Positions 49,806 to 63,268 of a stretch of 64,000 nucleotides of DNA are shown in pieces; within the stretch, counting starts at the first letter, position 1, and every line of letters begins with the position of its first letter. The notes beneath the pieces were generated by a model. That model was not told the DNA's origin, did no database searches, and worked only from the letters and a program-made list of their open reading frames with translations. The stretch spans positions 36,828,001 to 36,892,000 of the forward strand of contig JAGIQG010000003.1 in assembly GCA_024679065.1 (NCBI GenBank), in the 5' to 3' direction. The stretch is from Sphyrna mokarran (taxonomy: Eukaryota). The position numbers and the translations under genes were made by a program.

Positions 49806-51719
49806 CATGCTGAAAGGGTATACGCATGGACAAAATTGCACTCAGCTTTTATAATCCGTATGGTCAAAAACCCTGCCAATTATTAGGCCGAGATTTTCCA
49901 GCCCTGCCATAGTGGGACCTACCGTGGATCAGTCAAAAGTCCGTTAACGTTTGGCAGGACCAGAAGATCCTGGTGACAGTCAGGGGCAGGAAACCCCAGC
50001 CTCAGTTCCTAATATAGTGAAGGAATTAGCACAAGGCTTTATTTCATTGAGCATTTAAGTCTTACATTCATTCATTCCTTTACTGTTCCTGTTTTTTTTG
50101 TGTGAGGAGCTGATTGCTATAAATAGCAGCGAATAACCTAGTATCAAATGACCCATGAGCTATGTGACAATGTCAGGGGTTTTCTGAGCCAGCAAGATCA
50201 TCCATGTTAGAACTACAGAATCAGAGAAACACCCTGTCTCTGGAACTCAGCATGATCTGAGTTTCTAATCATGACTGGACAGTATCAGCAATACATTAGT
50301 GCACTGCACTCTAAACAGCAATGTGTTTCACTTAGTATTATTATCTAGGAGTGTGTGATTATTACTCTTTCTGTACTCTGGTGACTTTTCAAATGCCAAT
50401 GTGTTAGAAATTATGGCAAAGTCAGGTTTGACAAAGAATGATGTTAACTGGATTTTTATACTCACAATTGACATTGCACAATGGTGGGCTGCTAGTTGCT
50501 GGAACCTTGATCCTATAACTACTCAGTGATAATAATGATGCAGTAAGGGTCTTGTGAAGATCATGTCCAATGCTTTATGTCCTCACAAACAAAATGGCAT
50601 GATAATAAACACCTCAGATCACCATGTAACACTGAGAAACAATAGCCCTGTAACTCCTGAAAAGCCTTAAATTAACTTTAGAAGTTTATTAGTGATCTTT
50701 TTAGGGGTTCTGGCAGTTTTCAGCATCCAAACACGTGAGCTGTCACCAGCTTTCCAGCTACTCTTTTCAGAGTGACCTGTTGACATCCACATCAGGATTG
50801 TCCATCTCATCTGCCAGGCTAAAGATAAACCTTCCTGCAGGGAAAAACTGCAGTCCACAGCAGGCCTCCACGACCGTCACCACTTTGGTTGACAAATACA
50901 GTAAAATACCCCTCGCTTCCTCTTCCCATGATCCACCCAGGCACTGGAAGCATTATTGGAGCATAAGTGTTCTCTCCATGACTTGCTGTCTACACATAGA
51001 TACACGCTTCAATCTTTCCTGCTGGTTGTGATGTGGGAAGTAGCGATGCAGAACGGTGTCATCGGCAATGCAAAAGTTTTGTCTTCTACAATCCATCAAC
51101 CTCCTTGTTCTTTTGTACTGAATAAACTGATCTTTCTCTACACCCCAGCTCTGACTGTTACACTATATTACACCCTCAAAGATGTGCGGATTAGGTTAAT
51201 TGGCCGTGCTAAATTAATCAGTGTCCGTGCATTAGCATGGTAAATATGAGGGGTTACGAGAATAGGTCCTGGGTATGATTATAGTCAGTGCTGACTCAAT
51301 GGGTTGAATGGTCTCCTTCTGCACTGTAGAGATTCTATGATTCTCCCTCTCTACTCTATGAGCAGAAAATAAAAGGAATGACAGCATTCTGAGCCAGTGC
51401 TTTGCATGCATTAATATACAGGATGTGCAGCTGGGCATCAGAAACTTACAAAATTTATTGAAAGGTTATAGATGCGCCATCTCCCCATTTTTTTAATGGG
51501 TGATCTAATTTTCCTTTCAAATCTAAGCCATACATAATTTCTGATTTAACTACTTGTTCTGAATCCGTTACAAACTTCCCAGAATAAAGAGATTTCACAT
51601 TGACTGACACAATTTAAAACAATCAACACTTCTTTAGGTACTTGATTAAAACCAACAGAAATAGAAATGAGGATAACTTTGACTTGTGTCTTAAAACCTG
51701 TTTCCTTAAATTATATATC

Positions 51720-52000
51720 ACAGTGGTTAGCACTACTGCTTCACAGAGCAGGGACCTGGGTTCAATCCCGGCTTGGGTCGCTGTCTGTGTGGAGTTTGCA
51801 CATTTTCCCATGTCTGCGTGGGTTTTCTCCAGGTGCTCCGGTTTCCTCCCACAATCCAAAAGATGCAATGGTTAGGTGTATTGACCATGCTAAATTCTCC
51901 CTCACTATACCCAAACACATGGTGATTAGGGAATTTTCACAGTAACTTCATTGCAGTGTTCATGTAAGCCTAATTTGTGATACCAATAAATAAAAATAAA
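51720..52000 (+). mobile_element. HE1-like SINE
   Basis: cagtggttagcactactgcttcacagagcagggacctgggttcaatcccgg. Confidence 0.85.
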
Positions 52001-52146
52001 CATTTTTTCTATTTCATTTGGGATAGGGTAAGCATGCTCAGCTTAAAAGGACTGTACTTTTCCCTCATCCTTTTCTCTCTACCCCAAATACAAAAGGATC
52101 TTGAACATATCCGAGATAATACATGCTGCTGAACACACTCACTGAC

Positions 52147-52268
52147 CAGTGCTGGCAATTCTTCTATGTTTGGCAAAGGAATTTCAAAATGGTCTGGAAA
52201 AATAACGAGTTTAGCTTCATCTTCACACTCATAATCTTCACTGTTGAAGTCCTCATTCTTTTCCAGTT
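52147..52268 (-). CDS. USP13: USP13 exon ~4 ([41 protein letters not shown]), 122 nt
   Basis: ctcttag|AACTGG...GCACTG|gtcagt; strong similarity to USP13. Confidence 0.95.
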
Positions 52269-52749
52269 CTAAGAGGGAAAATAAAAGGAATGACATTAAA
52301 AAATAGATCACTGCTGCAGATGTTTACCTGAGAATGAACTTGTTCAAAACAAAATTTTTGAGACAAGCGTTTCCCTGCCCTCCTCACTTCAAGCAATACA
52401 TATAAGCTGCATTAGGAACTGAAATGTGCAATGTTTACATTTAAATGTCAATCAGAAGCTGCTGCAATATTCAATTATGGCTTTAATTTCAATTAAAAGT
52501 GTACATCACTTCAGGAAGTAACAGCATAGGAAGGAAACAAGGTAATTTATCTCATCAGTTTCTGTTACCAAAAATATTTCAGCTGGATTTTCCGGCCTCG
52601 CACACAGCTGGGATTCTCCAGTCCCACAACAGTGACTGGAGATTTAGTTGAGTGCCAATTCTCCGTTCTCACTGACAGGGCCAGCTGCCATCTCTGACTA
52701 GCATCACAGCTGCTCTATTAATGTAATAAAAAGTTAAATGAATGTTCTC

Positions 52750-53680
52750 ATTACAAGAAAGATGTGGGAGCAATTGAAAGGGTACAGAGGAGATTTACAA
52801 GAATGTCGCCTGGATTGGGTGGCATGCCTTATGAGGATAGGTTGAGAGAACTCGATCTTTTCTCCCTGGAGAGATGAAGGGTAAGAGGTGACCTGATAGA
52901 GGTTTATAAGATGTTGAGAGATATAGATTGGGTGGATTCTCAGAGGCTATTTCCCAGGACTGAAATGGTCGCTACAAGAGGGCACAGGTTTAAGATGCTG
53001 GGAAATAGATGTCTCAGAGGAGATGTCAAGGGTAAGTTTTTCACTTAGAGTAAAATGGGTGAGTGGAATTGGCTGCCATCGGTGGTGGTGGAAGTGAATT
53101 TGTTAGGGTCTTTTAAGAAATTTCTGGATGAGTACATGGGATTTAATAGGATTGAGGGTTATAGGTAGGCCTAGTAAGTACGGATATGATCAGCGCAACT
53201 TGTGGGCTGAAGGGCCTGTTTGTGCTGTAGTTTTTCTATATTCTATGTTCATAGGAGAAGGTTCATACGAGAATGTTCAAGGATTCTGGGCCTGTATTCA
53301 ATGGTGTTTAATGCCATCTGAAGAGGGCATCTCATTGAAACTTACAGAATATTGAAAGGCCTGGATACAGCGAATGTGGGTTAGATGTTTCCATTAGTAG
53401 ACAACACTAGGATCCGAGGGCACAGCCTTAGTGTTAAAATTGAGATGAAGAAGAATCTTTTTAGCCAGAGGATAGTGAATCTATGGAATTCATTGCCAAA
53501 GAAGGCCAGATGATTGAGTGTAATTAAGACAGGGACAGATGTGTTCTTAATTGGCCAGGGGATCAAAGATTACAGAGAAAAAGTGGGAGAATGGGGTTGA
53601 GAAACTTATCAGCCATGATTGAACAGCGGAGCAAACTTGATAGGCTGAATGGCCTTATTCTGCTTCCACATCTTATGGCC
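52750..53680 (+). mobile_element. two adjacent CR1 3' fragments
   Basis: KDVGAIERVQRRFTRM..YEDRLRELDLFSLE..RGDLIEVYKM; second copy from ~53255. Confidence 0.85.
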
Positions 53681-55868
53681 TACATACTCAATTACACTCT
53701 ACCATTTTAAAGTACATGGTTATTAAACATTAGCTACAGATTTGCTTTTAGGTATACCCTAGATGGTAAATCATATCAAAAGACAGCACCAGAAACCATG
53801 ACCCCTACTATTCTGATTTTAATTTGTAATTAAAAACTTGCACCCATTCATATCTACACAATTCTTCCCTATTTTTCAAATTGCAACAATTAGTTTTTCA
53901 CAGAGTGGTGACCAATCCACAGGTGGGGTGAAAATTGGCATTTACTTCTGTCTGCAGTGACTCAAAGACATTAATATTCAACGTCTTCTATAATTATGTG
54001 TATTATTTACACAGGGAATTTTTTTTTTAAGACTATTTTGACAAATTGTTAAAGGTATACCTCAATTCAACAGTACCCCGACTGCAGATATAATGAAAAC
54101 TGGAGTATCTCCCATTTTCCTTTGCTTTTCAAGTTTGAAAGTGATAGAACAAAAGTAATAAAGGATCGAATGGGAAGTGGGTTAGCAAGCTACCTCGATG
54201 TTAAGCCCTTGGACCAAAACCAGTCCAAATCAAGAATGGGTTTGGCAATAGAATGAGTCAGGAAACCCCATTCTACTCTTGAGTCACACAGCAGAAAATT
54301 GCTCACAATTCATTATTAAATTAATTGGATTTGCTATTTATACAAGTATACAGCAGATGGACAAAGCATTTGTTTTACATCCCATTCCACCTCCGCCAAT
54401 GCAGCTGGTCTGATGCCTGATTTGATTTCACTATCAAATTAACTTACACATTATTGCCAACCAACCAGCACTAATCATGCTTCTATTGAGAAAGCAGGAA
54501 ATACAGTGGACATAGCACGATTGAAAGGTGAGGTACATTTAACAGTACTGTCTGGCAAAATCCAAATTTTCTGAAGCAGTAGACAGTACAACTTCATCTA
54601 GAACATCAGAACTTTTCCTGCGCTGTTTCTTTGCTCAAGCATCTTCAGATCGCTGCAGGAAAAACCTTAAGTGAGTTCATCAGGACTGACAAGGTAAGGT
54701 TCTCTTTCACAACTTATTCTTTGCCCTGCACCAACATATTTTGGGCTCAGGATGATCAATCCTTCTCCATCCACTTCCAGTGTCACAAATTCAATCACGA
54801 ACTTTCTTCAGCTTGACCTTACAATTCATCCCCTTTGCAACTGCACTTGATGAAGCATCTTCAGATCACGTGGAATATGCCAAGACTCCTCAAAACCCTT
54901 CAGGAATCTCATTCCTGCCAATCGGAAACCTGAAAACTGGCCTCAAGCCATCGACTGAGTCTATTTTGGTCATAATTATTCCTGCAGTCAATTTGTAACA
55001 AATCTAAATCTATAGCAAGCTTGGCCTTTTCACTTTGCATGCCCACAGTGGACTTGTTTACAATACAATGCTCATTCAACTGAACAGCTGCAATTTTTTT
55101 GTCTGACTCAGCCAACAAATAGACTTTTGCTGTCATATGATGACGTACATATGTTTGAGCGGATGGTAATTAAGCCAAATTAGCCTGCTGACGGCACATT
55201 GGAATCATGAGCCATCCCTTCTATATTTCAAAAGGAAGATCCTTTGCAGCCCAGCCCCAAGATGTGAAATGACAAGCAACAGACAGTTACTAAATGACAA
55301 CATCCTATTTTTATGAAAATGACGTGTCCATAAGAATGCTGGACCCATAAAAGGGAACATTACTACAGCAATCAAATATTAATTCGGAATCAGCTGTGGA
55401 AAACTCCAAGGTTTATAGATGATGAGTCAGCCTGGGCTGAACATTTGTTCTTCTCTAAAAATGTGCGACTAGATATGACAAAAGTTTACTACGAAATAGT
55501 AATTCCCTTAAAAGTCTGAAGGACCATTGCAATAAATTGTCTACTTTAAACCTTCCCCTATGCCAAAAGCATGACCCAGTGGATTTTTTTTAACATATGG
55601 TAACTGTTTATTTAGATCTGATGCAGACAACATGAATGAGATTTTGTGAAAGTTGAGGTTAGAATTCCTTCATTAAAAATGAAGGTCTCTTAAACAAATT
55701 TGTTGAATTTTTTGGAAAACATTTACTTCCATACTCTTACAGGAGCCTAGAAAAATCAGATTTTTTTAAAAAAATGGGAAGTTAGTTGCTCTTCCAAACC
55801 TGTGAATGTTTATTGCGCACACCTCAAAATCTATATTATCAAAGCTTTGCACATTGAGTCTGTCATAA

Positions 55869-56120
55869 GGGGGTAGCACAGTGGTTAGTGTTGCTGCCTC
55901 ACAACATCAGGGACCCAGGTTCAATTCCAGCCTTCAGTGACTGTGTGGAGTTTGCACATTCTCCCCATGTCCATGCGGGTTTCCTCCAGGTGCTCCAGTT
56001 TCTTCCCACAGTCCAAAGATGTGTAAGTTAGGTGGATTGGTCATGCTCAATTGCACCTTAGTGTCTCTGGATGCGCAAGTTGGGTGAATTAGCCACGGTG
56101 CATGGGGTTATGGGGAGGTT
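55869..56120 (+). mobile_element. HE1-like SINE
   Basis: tRNA head with B box gggacccaggttcaattcc. Confidence 0.8.
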
Positions 56121-56509
56121 TCAGAGAGTTATGTATGGGGAAGGATGAAAACCTTCCCACCACCTCGAGTACAAAACATACAAAACCTACCTTAAATATA
56201 ATAGACAGGAGCACACTTCATTATTTTGGTCAATTTTCAAAATGTCAAATTATATCTGTGTATGGTTTTGAAAACTTGACATTGTATACAAACAAGATTA
56301 TTCTAAGCACTGCAGCTAAGCACCAGAGCATGTCCTTGCACATTCAGTATCGACCTACTTAGAGACAAGCAGATGCTTACAAAGAAGGGTCACATTGGAC
56401 TCAAAATGTCTGTTTTTCTTTCTCCACTCTGCTGCCAGACCTGATGAGTTTTTCCAGCACTTTCAATTTTTAGTTCAGACTTCAAGCCTCCACAGTATTT
56501 TGCTGTACC

Positions 56510-57140
56510 AACAACATTCTATGGATCATCATTGACCAGAAACTGAACTAAACCAGCCATATAAATACTGTGACTACAAAAGCAAGTCAGAGGCTGGGGG
56601 TGCTGTAGTGACTAACTCACCTCTTGATTTCCCAAGTCTTTCCACCATCTATACAGCACATACCAGGAACATGGCGGCGTATTCTCCATTGGCCTGGATG
56701 AGTGCAGCTCTAACAACACTCAAGTAGCTTGACAGCGTGCAAGACAAAGCAGCAAACTTGATCAGCATCTCATCCACTTCCTTAAACATTTACCCTTTCT
56801 CCATTGACACAGAGGCAATAGTGTGTACAATACGTAAAATGCATTACAGCAACTTGCCCAAGGCTCTTTCGACAGCACCTTCCAAACCCCTGATCTCCAC
56901 CTCTAGAAGGATGCATTGGAACACCACCACTTGCAAGTCACACTACTTGGAATATCACTAATTCTTCACTGTAATTGCTGGAGCACCCTTTCTAATAGCA
57001 GTGTGTGTTATGTACTTATAACAGATGCAGCAGATCAAGAAGGCGGCTCACTACCACCTTCTCAAGGGCAATTAGTGATGAACAATAAAATGCTGGTCTT
57101 GTCAGCAACATTCACCTCCCTCAAAAGAACGAAAAAAATA
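56510..57140 (+). mobile_element. LINE 3' fragment (same family as 4161 and 13110), preceded by a Penelope-type repeat at ~56380-56505
   Basis: Colinear similarity with 13520-14090. Confidence 0.75.
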
Positions 57141-57249
57141 CTCTGACTACAGTTGGATAGAGAACAGCATTCCCACTGAAATAAAGAATAGACAGAAGGC
57201 ATTGGGATGAGAAAAATGTGCTGCTAATAAATTCACAGAATCACACAAC

Positions 57250-57712
57250 AGAATCATAGAATTCCTACAGTTCAGAATGAGGACGTTGAGCCTATTGAGC
57301 CTGCACCAACAACAATCCCACCTAGACCCCACTCATTTACTCTGTTAGTGTCAGGGGAACTAAGGGAAAATTTAGCATGGTCAATCAACCTACCCTGCAC
57401 ATCTGTGGACTGTGGGAGGAAAACCATGATGTAGAGATGCCAGCGTTGGACTGGGTTAAACACAGTAAGAAGTCTGACAACATCAGGTTTAAATCCAACC
57501 GATTTACTTGATAGTAAACTCACAAGCTTTCGATCCTCTGGTCTTTGTCAGATGAATGAGGTGTTCGGAGGAATGAGACTGCCAGAGGAAAACCACGCAG
57601 ATACGAGAAGAACATGCAAACTCTGAACAAACAGTAACCCGAGGCTGGAATTGAACCTAGTCCCCTGGCACTGTGAGGCAGCAGTGCTAACCACTGTGCC
57701 ATTCTGCCACCC
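57250..57712 (-). mobile_element. HE1-like SINE interrupted at ~57428-57580 by one arm of the hammerhead palindromic element
   Basis: Insert gatgtagagatgccagcgttggactgggttaaacacagtaagaagtc matches 4573-4710; minus-strand motif TCAT-CTGACAA-A-GACC(AGA)GGATC-GAAA-GC-TT-GTGA at 57520-57555. Confidence 0.8.
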
Positions 57713-58877
57713 ATCGCATTAACTATCATAGGATATTATTTGCAACTGAGATTTGATCTATTCCAGTTCTGTGACAGGACAGAAACCTGATTGAAGATCT
57801 TCAAATGTTGGATTGCAGGATAGATAAGCATGGACAGGGAGGCAACAACACATCAAAAACTTTGGCAAGGAAAGACAGGGTGACAGTTTGCAAAGACAGA
57901 AGTTACATGGTCAGCAGATTACTGGGAATGGAGAAAAGGAAATGAGAGGTGTGTCTTGAAAGAGGCAAGGGAAAGAGGATGGTTCTGGGCTAGGACAAGG
58001 AGCAGCCCAGGGCCAGGCTGGGTTTCCTGAGAAAGGAAAACTGAAGAAATAACATAGTTGATTATGTCAATCTTAATGACAAAGGAATCTATGAACTCTT
58101 CATATTTGTTGACGGAGATCAGGGAATTGGGGGAAAGTGGAGAGGGGCTTGAGAAGATGGTTGGTAATGCTCTCTGGGATGATTTTGGGGAGCAGGCAAT
58201 TTTGGAAGATAAGTATCTGAAAACATTTGATGCAATGATCCAGACAGATCTGGTGCTGGATGGTTAGTCCAATTTTATACCAAGTATACTTAGTCTGCGC
58301 TCCTTGGGTTTGAGGAAGTCAAGATAGTAGTGAAAGGAAAAGCTTTGACTGGGATGAGAGAGTAATGAAAAGAATGGATCAATGATAGATGTGCTCATAG
58401 GTTTTTGCCTGTTTTCTTAGAAATTTCCTTAATGATGGACAAAGTTGATTTACACATGATTTTTTTGTTTATGGCAGAATTACATAAATCTTCCCCAAGC
58501 ATATCAGGAAGAATTCTCCTATCCCATCTGCTACGCAAATTGTAGCGAGTGGGGGGCAGACCGTACAAAAGTCTATTGACCTCAGATGGGATTTTCCAGT
58601 GTTGGGGCGAGAGCGACCAGAAATTTCTGCCCCTCATCTCCTTGGCTATGGCAACCCAATATTGATGACTCTTTGTCCCCAAGCTGAGTAAATATTTTTC
58701 CCTTTAATAATGAGAGAAACAGAGTTAAACATTTTGGGCTGAATTTTCCCCTCCCACCCAGAGGGAAGGACAAGACTATGTAAAGGTCTAATGAACTTGG
58801 GCAGGGATTTTCCGATCATGGGGCAATCATGGCTGGAAAATCCTGCTCTACGAGTCTTATCACTGTCTTTCAAAGCC

Positions 58878-58898
58878 AGAGAGAGAGAGAGAGAGAGA
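58878..58898. repeat. (AG)10 microsatellite
   Basis: Seen directly. Confidence 0.9.
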
Positions 58899-60379
58899 AA
58901 TATTCTGGATTATATAGTGTTTTTGAAGTGTAGTGACTGTTGTAATGTTCGGGGAGGTGATAGCCTAGTGATATTATTGCTAGGCTATGAACCCAGAAAC
59001 TCAGTAAATGTTCTGGGGACCCGGGTTCGAATCCTGCCACGGCAGATAGTGGAATTTGAATTCAATAAAAAATCTGGAGTTAGGAATCTACTAATGACCA
59101 TTGTCAATTGTCAGAAAAACCCATCTAATTCACTAATATCCTTTAGGGAAGGAAATCTGCAGTCCTAAACTGGTCTGGTCTTCATATGACTCCAGAGCCA
59201 CACATGTGGTGAATCTCAACTGCCCTCCAAAGGCAACTAGGAATGGGTAATAAATGCTGGACAGCCAGAAACAACCACGCCCCACAAATATATAAAAAGA
59301 GAGGGTGGAACTATGTGATAAGGTGGGAGCTAGGAAAGATTATAACAAAAATGTGTAGAGCACAAGACAGCAGAAATGCCAATGGTAGTATTCAGGACTA
59401 AAAGAAAGTACTGATAGTGGCATTAGCATAAGATAGCAAAAATGTGTTAATAGGTGAACAAAGGTCAGTATTTCGTGAAAGCAAAACAACATGAAACTTT
59501 GGTCACAATTCTGCAGCCATTCACACCAGCAATATCTTAGTCTCACCAACAGCACACCCCGGCTGTAGGTTCTATGGTGGCAAGGGGTGCATTCAAAAGA
59601 AAATCCCATTAGCAATGGTTGACACCCAGAAGATTCTGCCCCCAGCCAACAGCAGCCCACATCCTGCCGTGACAAAATACACAGTGGGTTGTGTTGTATA
59701 TCCCGGCATATATCTTTAATTATTCATATTGCATTTCTCTTTCACAACTACAGATTCTAGTTAACTCCAACTCCTACCCTTCCTCTCCCCAAGTCACAGT
59801 GTTCTTGGCTCTTAGGGAAGACATGAGGATTCTCTTCTGCATCTGGTAGGACATCACCATCTGCAGAATTGGACAATACTTTAGAGGCATTGCTGGGAAG
59901 CAGAGTGTAGGTTGCAGGATGACTAACTGCAAGGATAACAAAGAATTTCCAACAAAAGACTGACCCAAGAGAGAAAACTGAAGAGAATCAGCCTTTGGAC
60001 TTTTTGGAATTGGAAGAAAAGAATGCAAGATACTGAGGAATTTGTTCCAGCCCTGAAGCACTCAAGGAAAGAGCTTTGGAAGAGGAATGATCTTCAACTT
60101 CTGCAGTGGCAGTCATAACTGTATCTTCCAGTGCTGTATTGAAGACTGAAGAATCTTCCACGGAGGATGCCTTTCTGTAGGCAATGATGAGATAGCTATA
60201 CTTCTCTCTGCATAAGGTTGCTCCATTATGGGTAATGGGAAGATTCTGCAGTTTCAAAAGTCCAAAAGGATCTACCACAGCTTCTGTGCACATCTGTAGC
60301 TCTAGTTGGAAGAAGTCTTTCAGCTAGGATTGAAGTATGGGTGCCAACTGACTTTCACCTTGAAAGATACCAGCTCTGT

Positions 60380-61220
60380 AGCAGTGTGATCTTCCAGAGA
60401 CACTGATTATTCTGAGTGTGCCCTCTGGTCCTATACTCTCCTATGGGTGAAACCATTCTCCTAACGTTTACCCTATCTAACCCCCCTTCCTAAGATCTTA
60501 TATGCTTCAGTTATATTGTCTCTCATTCTTCTGAACTCCAACTCTTTTCTTGGGTGCTCCAAGGGCAGAACAAATTCCTCAGTATCCTGCATTCTTCTTT
60601 TCCAATTTCAAAGTGTTCAAAGGATGCAGCAAGCTCATTCTTCTGAGCTCCAATAGGCCCAACTTGTCCAATCTTGCCTGAAATGGCAGTCTCTCCATAC
60701 TAGGGATTATTCCAGTAAATCTCCTCCGTACCGCTTCCAATGGTAATATCTATTTCCTTAAATAAGAAGACCAGAACTGTAGAATTGTGGCCCCACTAAT
60801 ATCTTGAATAGTTGCAGCAACACCTCTTTGCTTTTATATTCCAGCTCCCTTGAAGTTAAAGCCAGCATTCTATTTGCCTTTCCTATTACCTTTTGCACCT
60901 GTATCACTTTCTCGGTTTTTTGAACAAGGATCCCCTTTGTGATACAGCTTTCTACAGTCTCTTCATTTAAATAACAATCAGCCTTCTCATTATTTCTTCC
61001 AAAGAGAACAATTTCACATTTTCCTACATTGAATTCCATTTCTCTCTTCTCTACCGAATCACTTAACCTTTAATTTTGTTTCTGTAAACTATTTATATCT
61101 TCCTTAAAACCTGCCTTCCCTCCAAATCATTATTACATGTTGTGGTGAGCTGTGGCCCCAGCATTGATTCATAAGGTTCTTCACTGATTACTGCACTCCA
61201 ACCTGAAAAGACCCTTTTAT
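60380..61220 (-). mobile_element. CR1 fragment
   Basis: MEFNVGKCEIVLFGRNN...KANRMLALTSRELEYKSKEVLLQLFKILVGP. Confidence 0.88.
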
Positions 61221-62811
61221 CGCTATTCACTGCTTCATGTTAGGGCCTCAACCTTCAGGTTACTCAGTATTGCAAGGGGTTCTTTTTCATCACTTTCTAG
61301 GGAGAGCCAACTCAGGTCCAACAAGTTGTCATAGGGATCTCTGCTGCAATCCCTTCCATATCTACCATGATCAGTCTTACTTTATGAAGAAATCGTTACT
61401 TCATTCAGTCTTTGCCTGGGGCCAGGTGGTTTGTCTCTCTCTGTAGGTGCTTACTGCTATCTGTATAAACATCCTCAGCTTCTACAGTGTACATTTCCAC
61501 TGTTTCTAAACGAAAGGTCGAAGATTGTTGCTTAAAGACAGTGGTCTTTCAAATGATGAGAATCATCTGTTTTCTCTCGGATCCCTAGACATATGCCAAC
61601 AAATCCATTCAATGAGGATGCATGTTGATTGAAGCTAAGAAGAACAATAATCTTTTCTTGGATTGGAAGGTCTGTCTGTTGCTGCCTAGACTTTGTATTG
61701 ACTTTGATGTCTGATGGATAAAATATCACTGGCCAAAACCAACCATGGTCATGTGTCAACATGTTAACAGCAGCTGCAGTATTAATTTTAAAACAATGTC
61801 AAAGCCTTGAATTTAGACTGCAAGTGACCAACAGTCTGGTTTAGGACTCTATTCCCCTGAGGGATTTGTACTTTGTTTTTTTGTTGACTTCCCATTTCTT
61901 ACAAGACGTGTTTCAGAAATAATTTCTGAATAGTCTTCGACTTGGATTGAAATTGCTGGATGTGCAGAATCATTTGAAGTGTCCAGTTTTGCCACTCTGG
62001 AAACATTCCACAGCACTGTTAGATAGTCCTGACATTAGTCCCCACACCACAAACATCTCAAATGGCTGCTGGTGTGAATTTTCCAACCTTTTGGTTTGGT
62101 TTGGTTTGGTGGGCTTTCTTCTGAGTGGGGCCACCCTATGAGCCTACTCAATCTACAGATTCATGAGAAACTTTAGACTCACAATGAATTATACCCAATT
62201 AAAAACTCTAAGTTTCGCCTGCATCACATTCTGGAATGCTGGATCCAAACTAAGGTCAGATTTGGTCTGCAGAAAGTTGAAGAGTTTTCCGTTCTGGCCC
62301 ATCCCAGGCTAAATGAATTGTAGATTAGTTCATCCTTCAGTGACCCATTCCTGCAAGAACTAGCTCAGTTAGAAATAACTCAATCGATTCCACAGGTGGT
62401 TGGGAACACTGATTAAACATGCCCATTCAATTAATAAGTTTTGATTCAGGCTAAAGTGTCAAAGGTTTTAAGAATGGAGCCTTTCTTAAGGACTGCACTG
62501 CTTGCCTTAGGAAAACATCATCTGCTGCTGGACCTGCTGCATATTGAACGGAACTAACATGAGGCTTTTGCTCCTTTTCACAAAGACCTGATGCTGCTTG
62601 GTACCAAAGAAAATGACATTTCCTAACTTCCACAACTGGCCTCTCTGTGGGCCTTTGAGGCAGGCAAATGGATAGGGACTGCTCACCAGGTACAGACACC
62701 AATACCTCTCTCCGGTTTGCTTCGTTCACCTGCCAATTTCATTCAGGCTGCTTTCAAATGTTTCCTCACTTGTGTTTCCCTCAATAACACCAACTATTTT
62801 TTACATCGCAC

Positions 62812-63120
62812 AGGCGACATGGTGGCACAGTGGTTAGCATTGATACCTCACAGCGCCGGGGACCAGAGTTTGATTCCTGGCATGGATCACCGTCTTTGCA
62901 GAATCTACACGTTTTCACCGTGTCTGTGCGTGTTTCCTCCAAGTGCTCTGGTTTCCTCCCACAGCCCAAAAGACGTGCTGTTTAGGTACACTGGCTGTGC
63001 TAAATTCTCCCTCAATGTACCCAAACAGGCGCCAGAGTGTAGCAATTAGGGGATTTTCATCGTAACTCCATTGCAGTATTAATGTAAGCCTCCTTGTGAC
63101 TAATAAGTAAACTTTATTTT
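62812..63120 (+). mobile_element. HE1-like SINE
   Basis: ggcgacatggtggcacagtggttagc head; gtaagcctccttgtgactaataa tail. Confidence 0.85.
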
Positions 63121-63268
63121 ACTTTACACCAATGTACTCAATGCCGCCACCATGTTGTGAGATGCATTGTTGCATTGTTCCACCTGAGGCTCTAGTATGG
63201 GACTTGGTCATCTTGGTATTTTCTTAATACTTGCTTAATAATATTCCATCTAAGCAGGTTAGTGAGTA

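Noticed and set aside
57416-57595. gaggaaaacca direct repeat as TSD of the inserted hammerhead arm
   Set aside because: The host SINE naturally contains two gaggaaacc motifs at this place, so a TSD cannot be claimed.
59774-60293. ORFs 59774-60061 and 59988-60293 as a coding exon or nested gene
   Set aside because: No recognisable domain or convincing splice signals; probably a decayed unidentified repeat.
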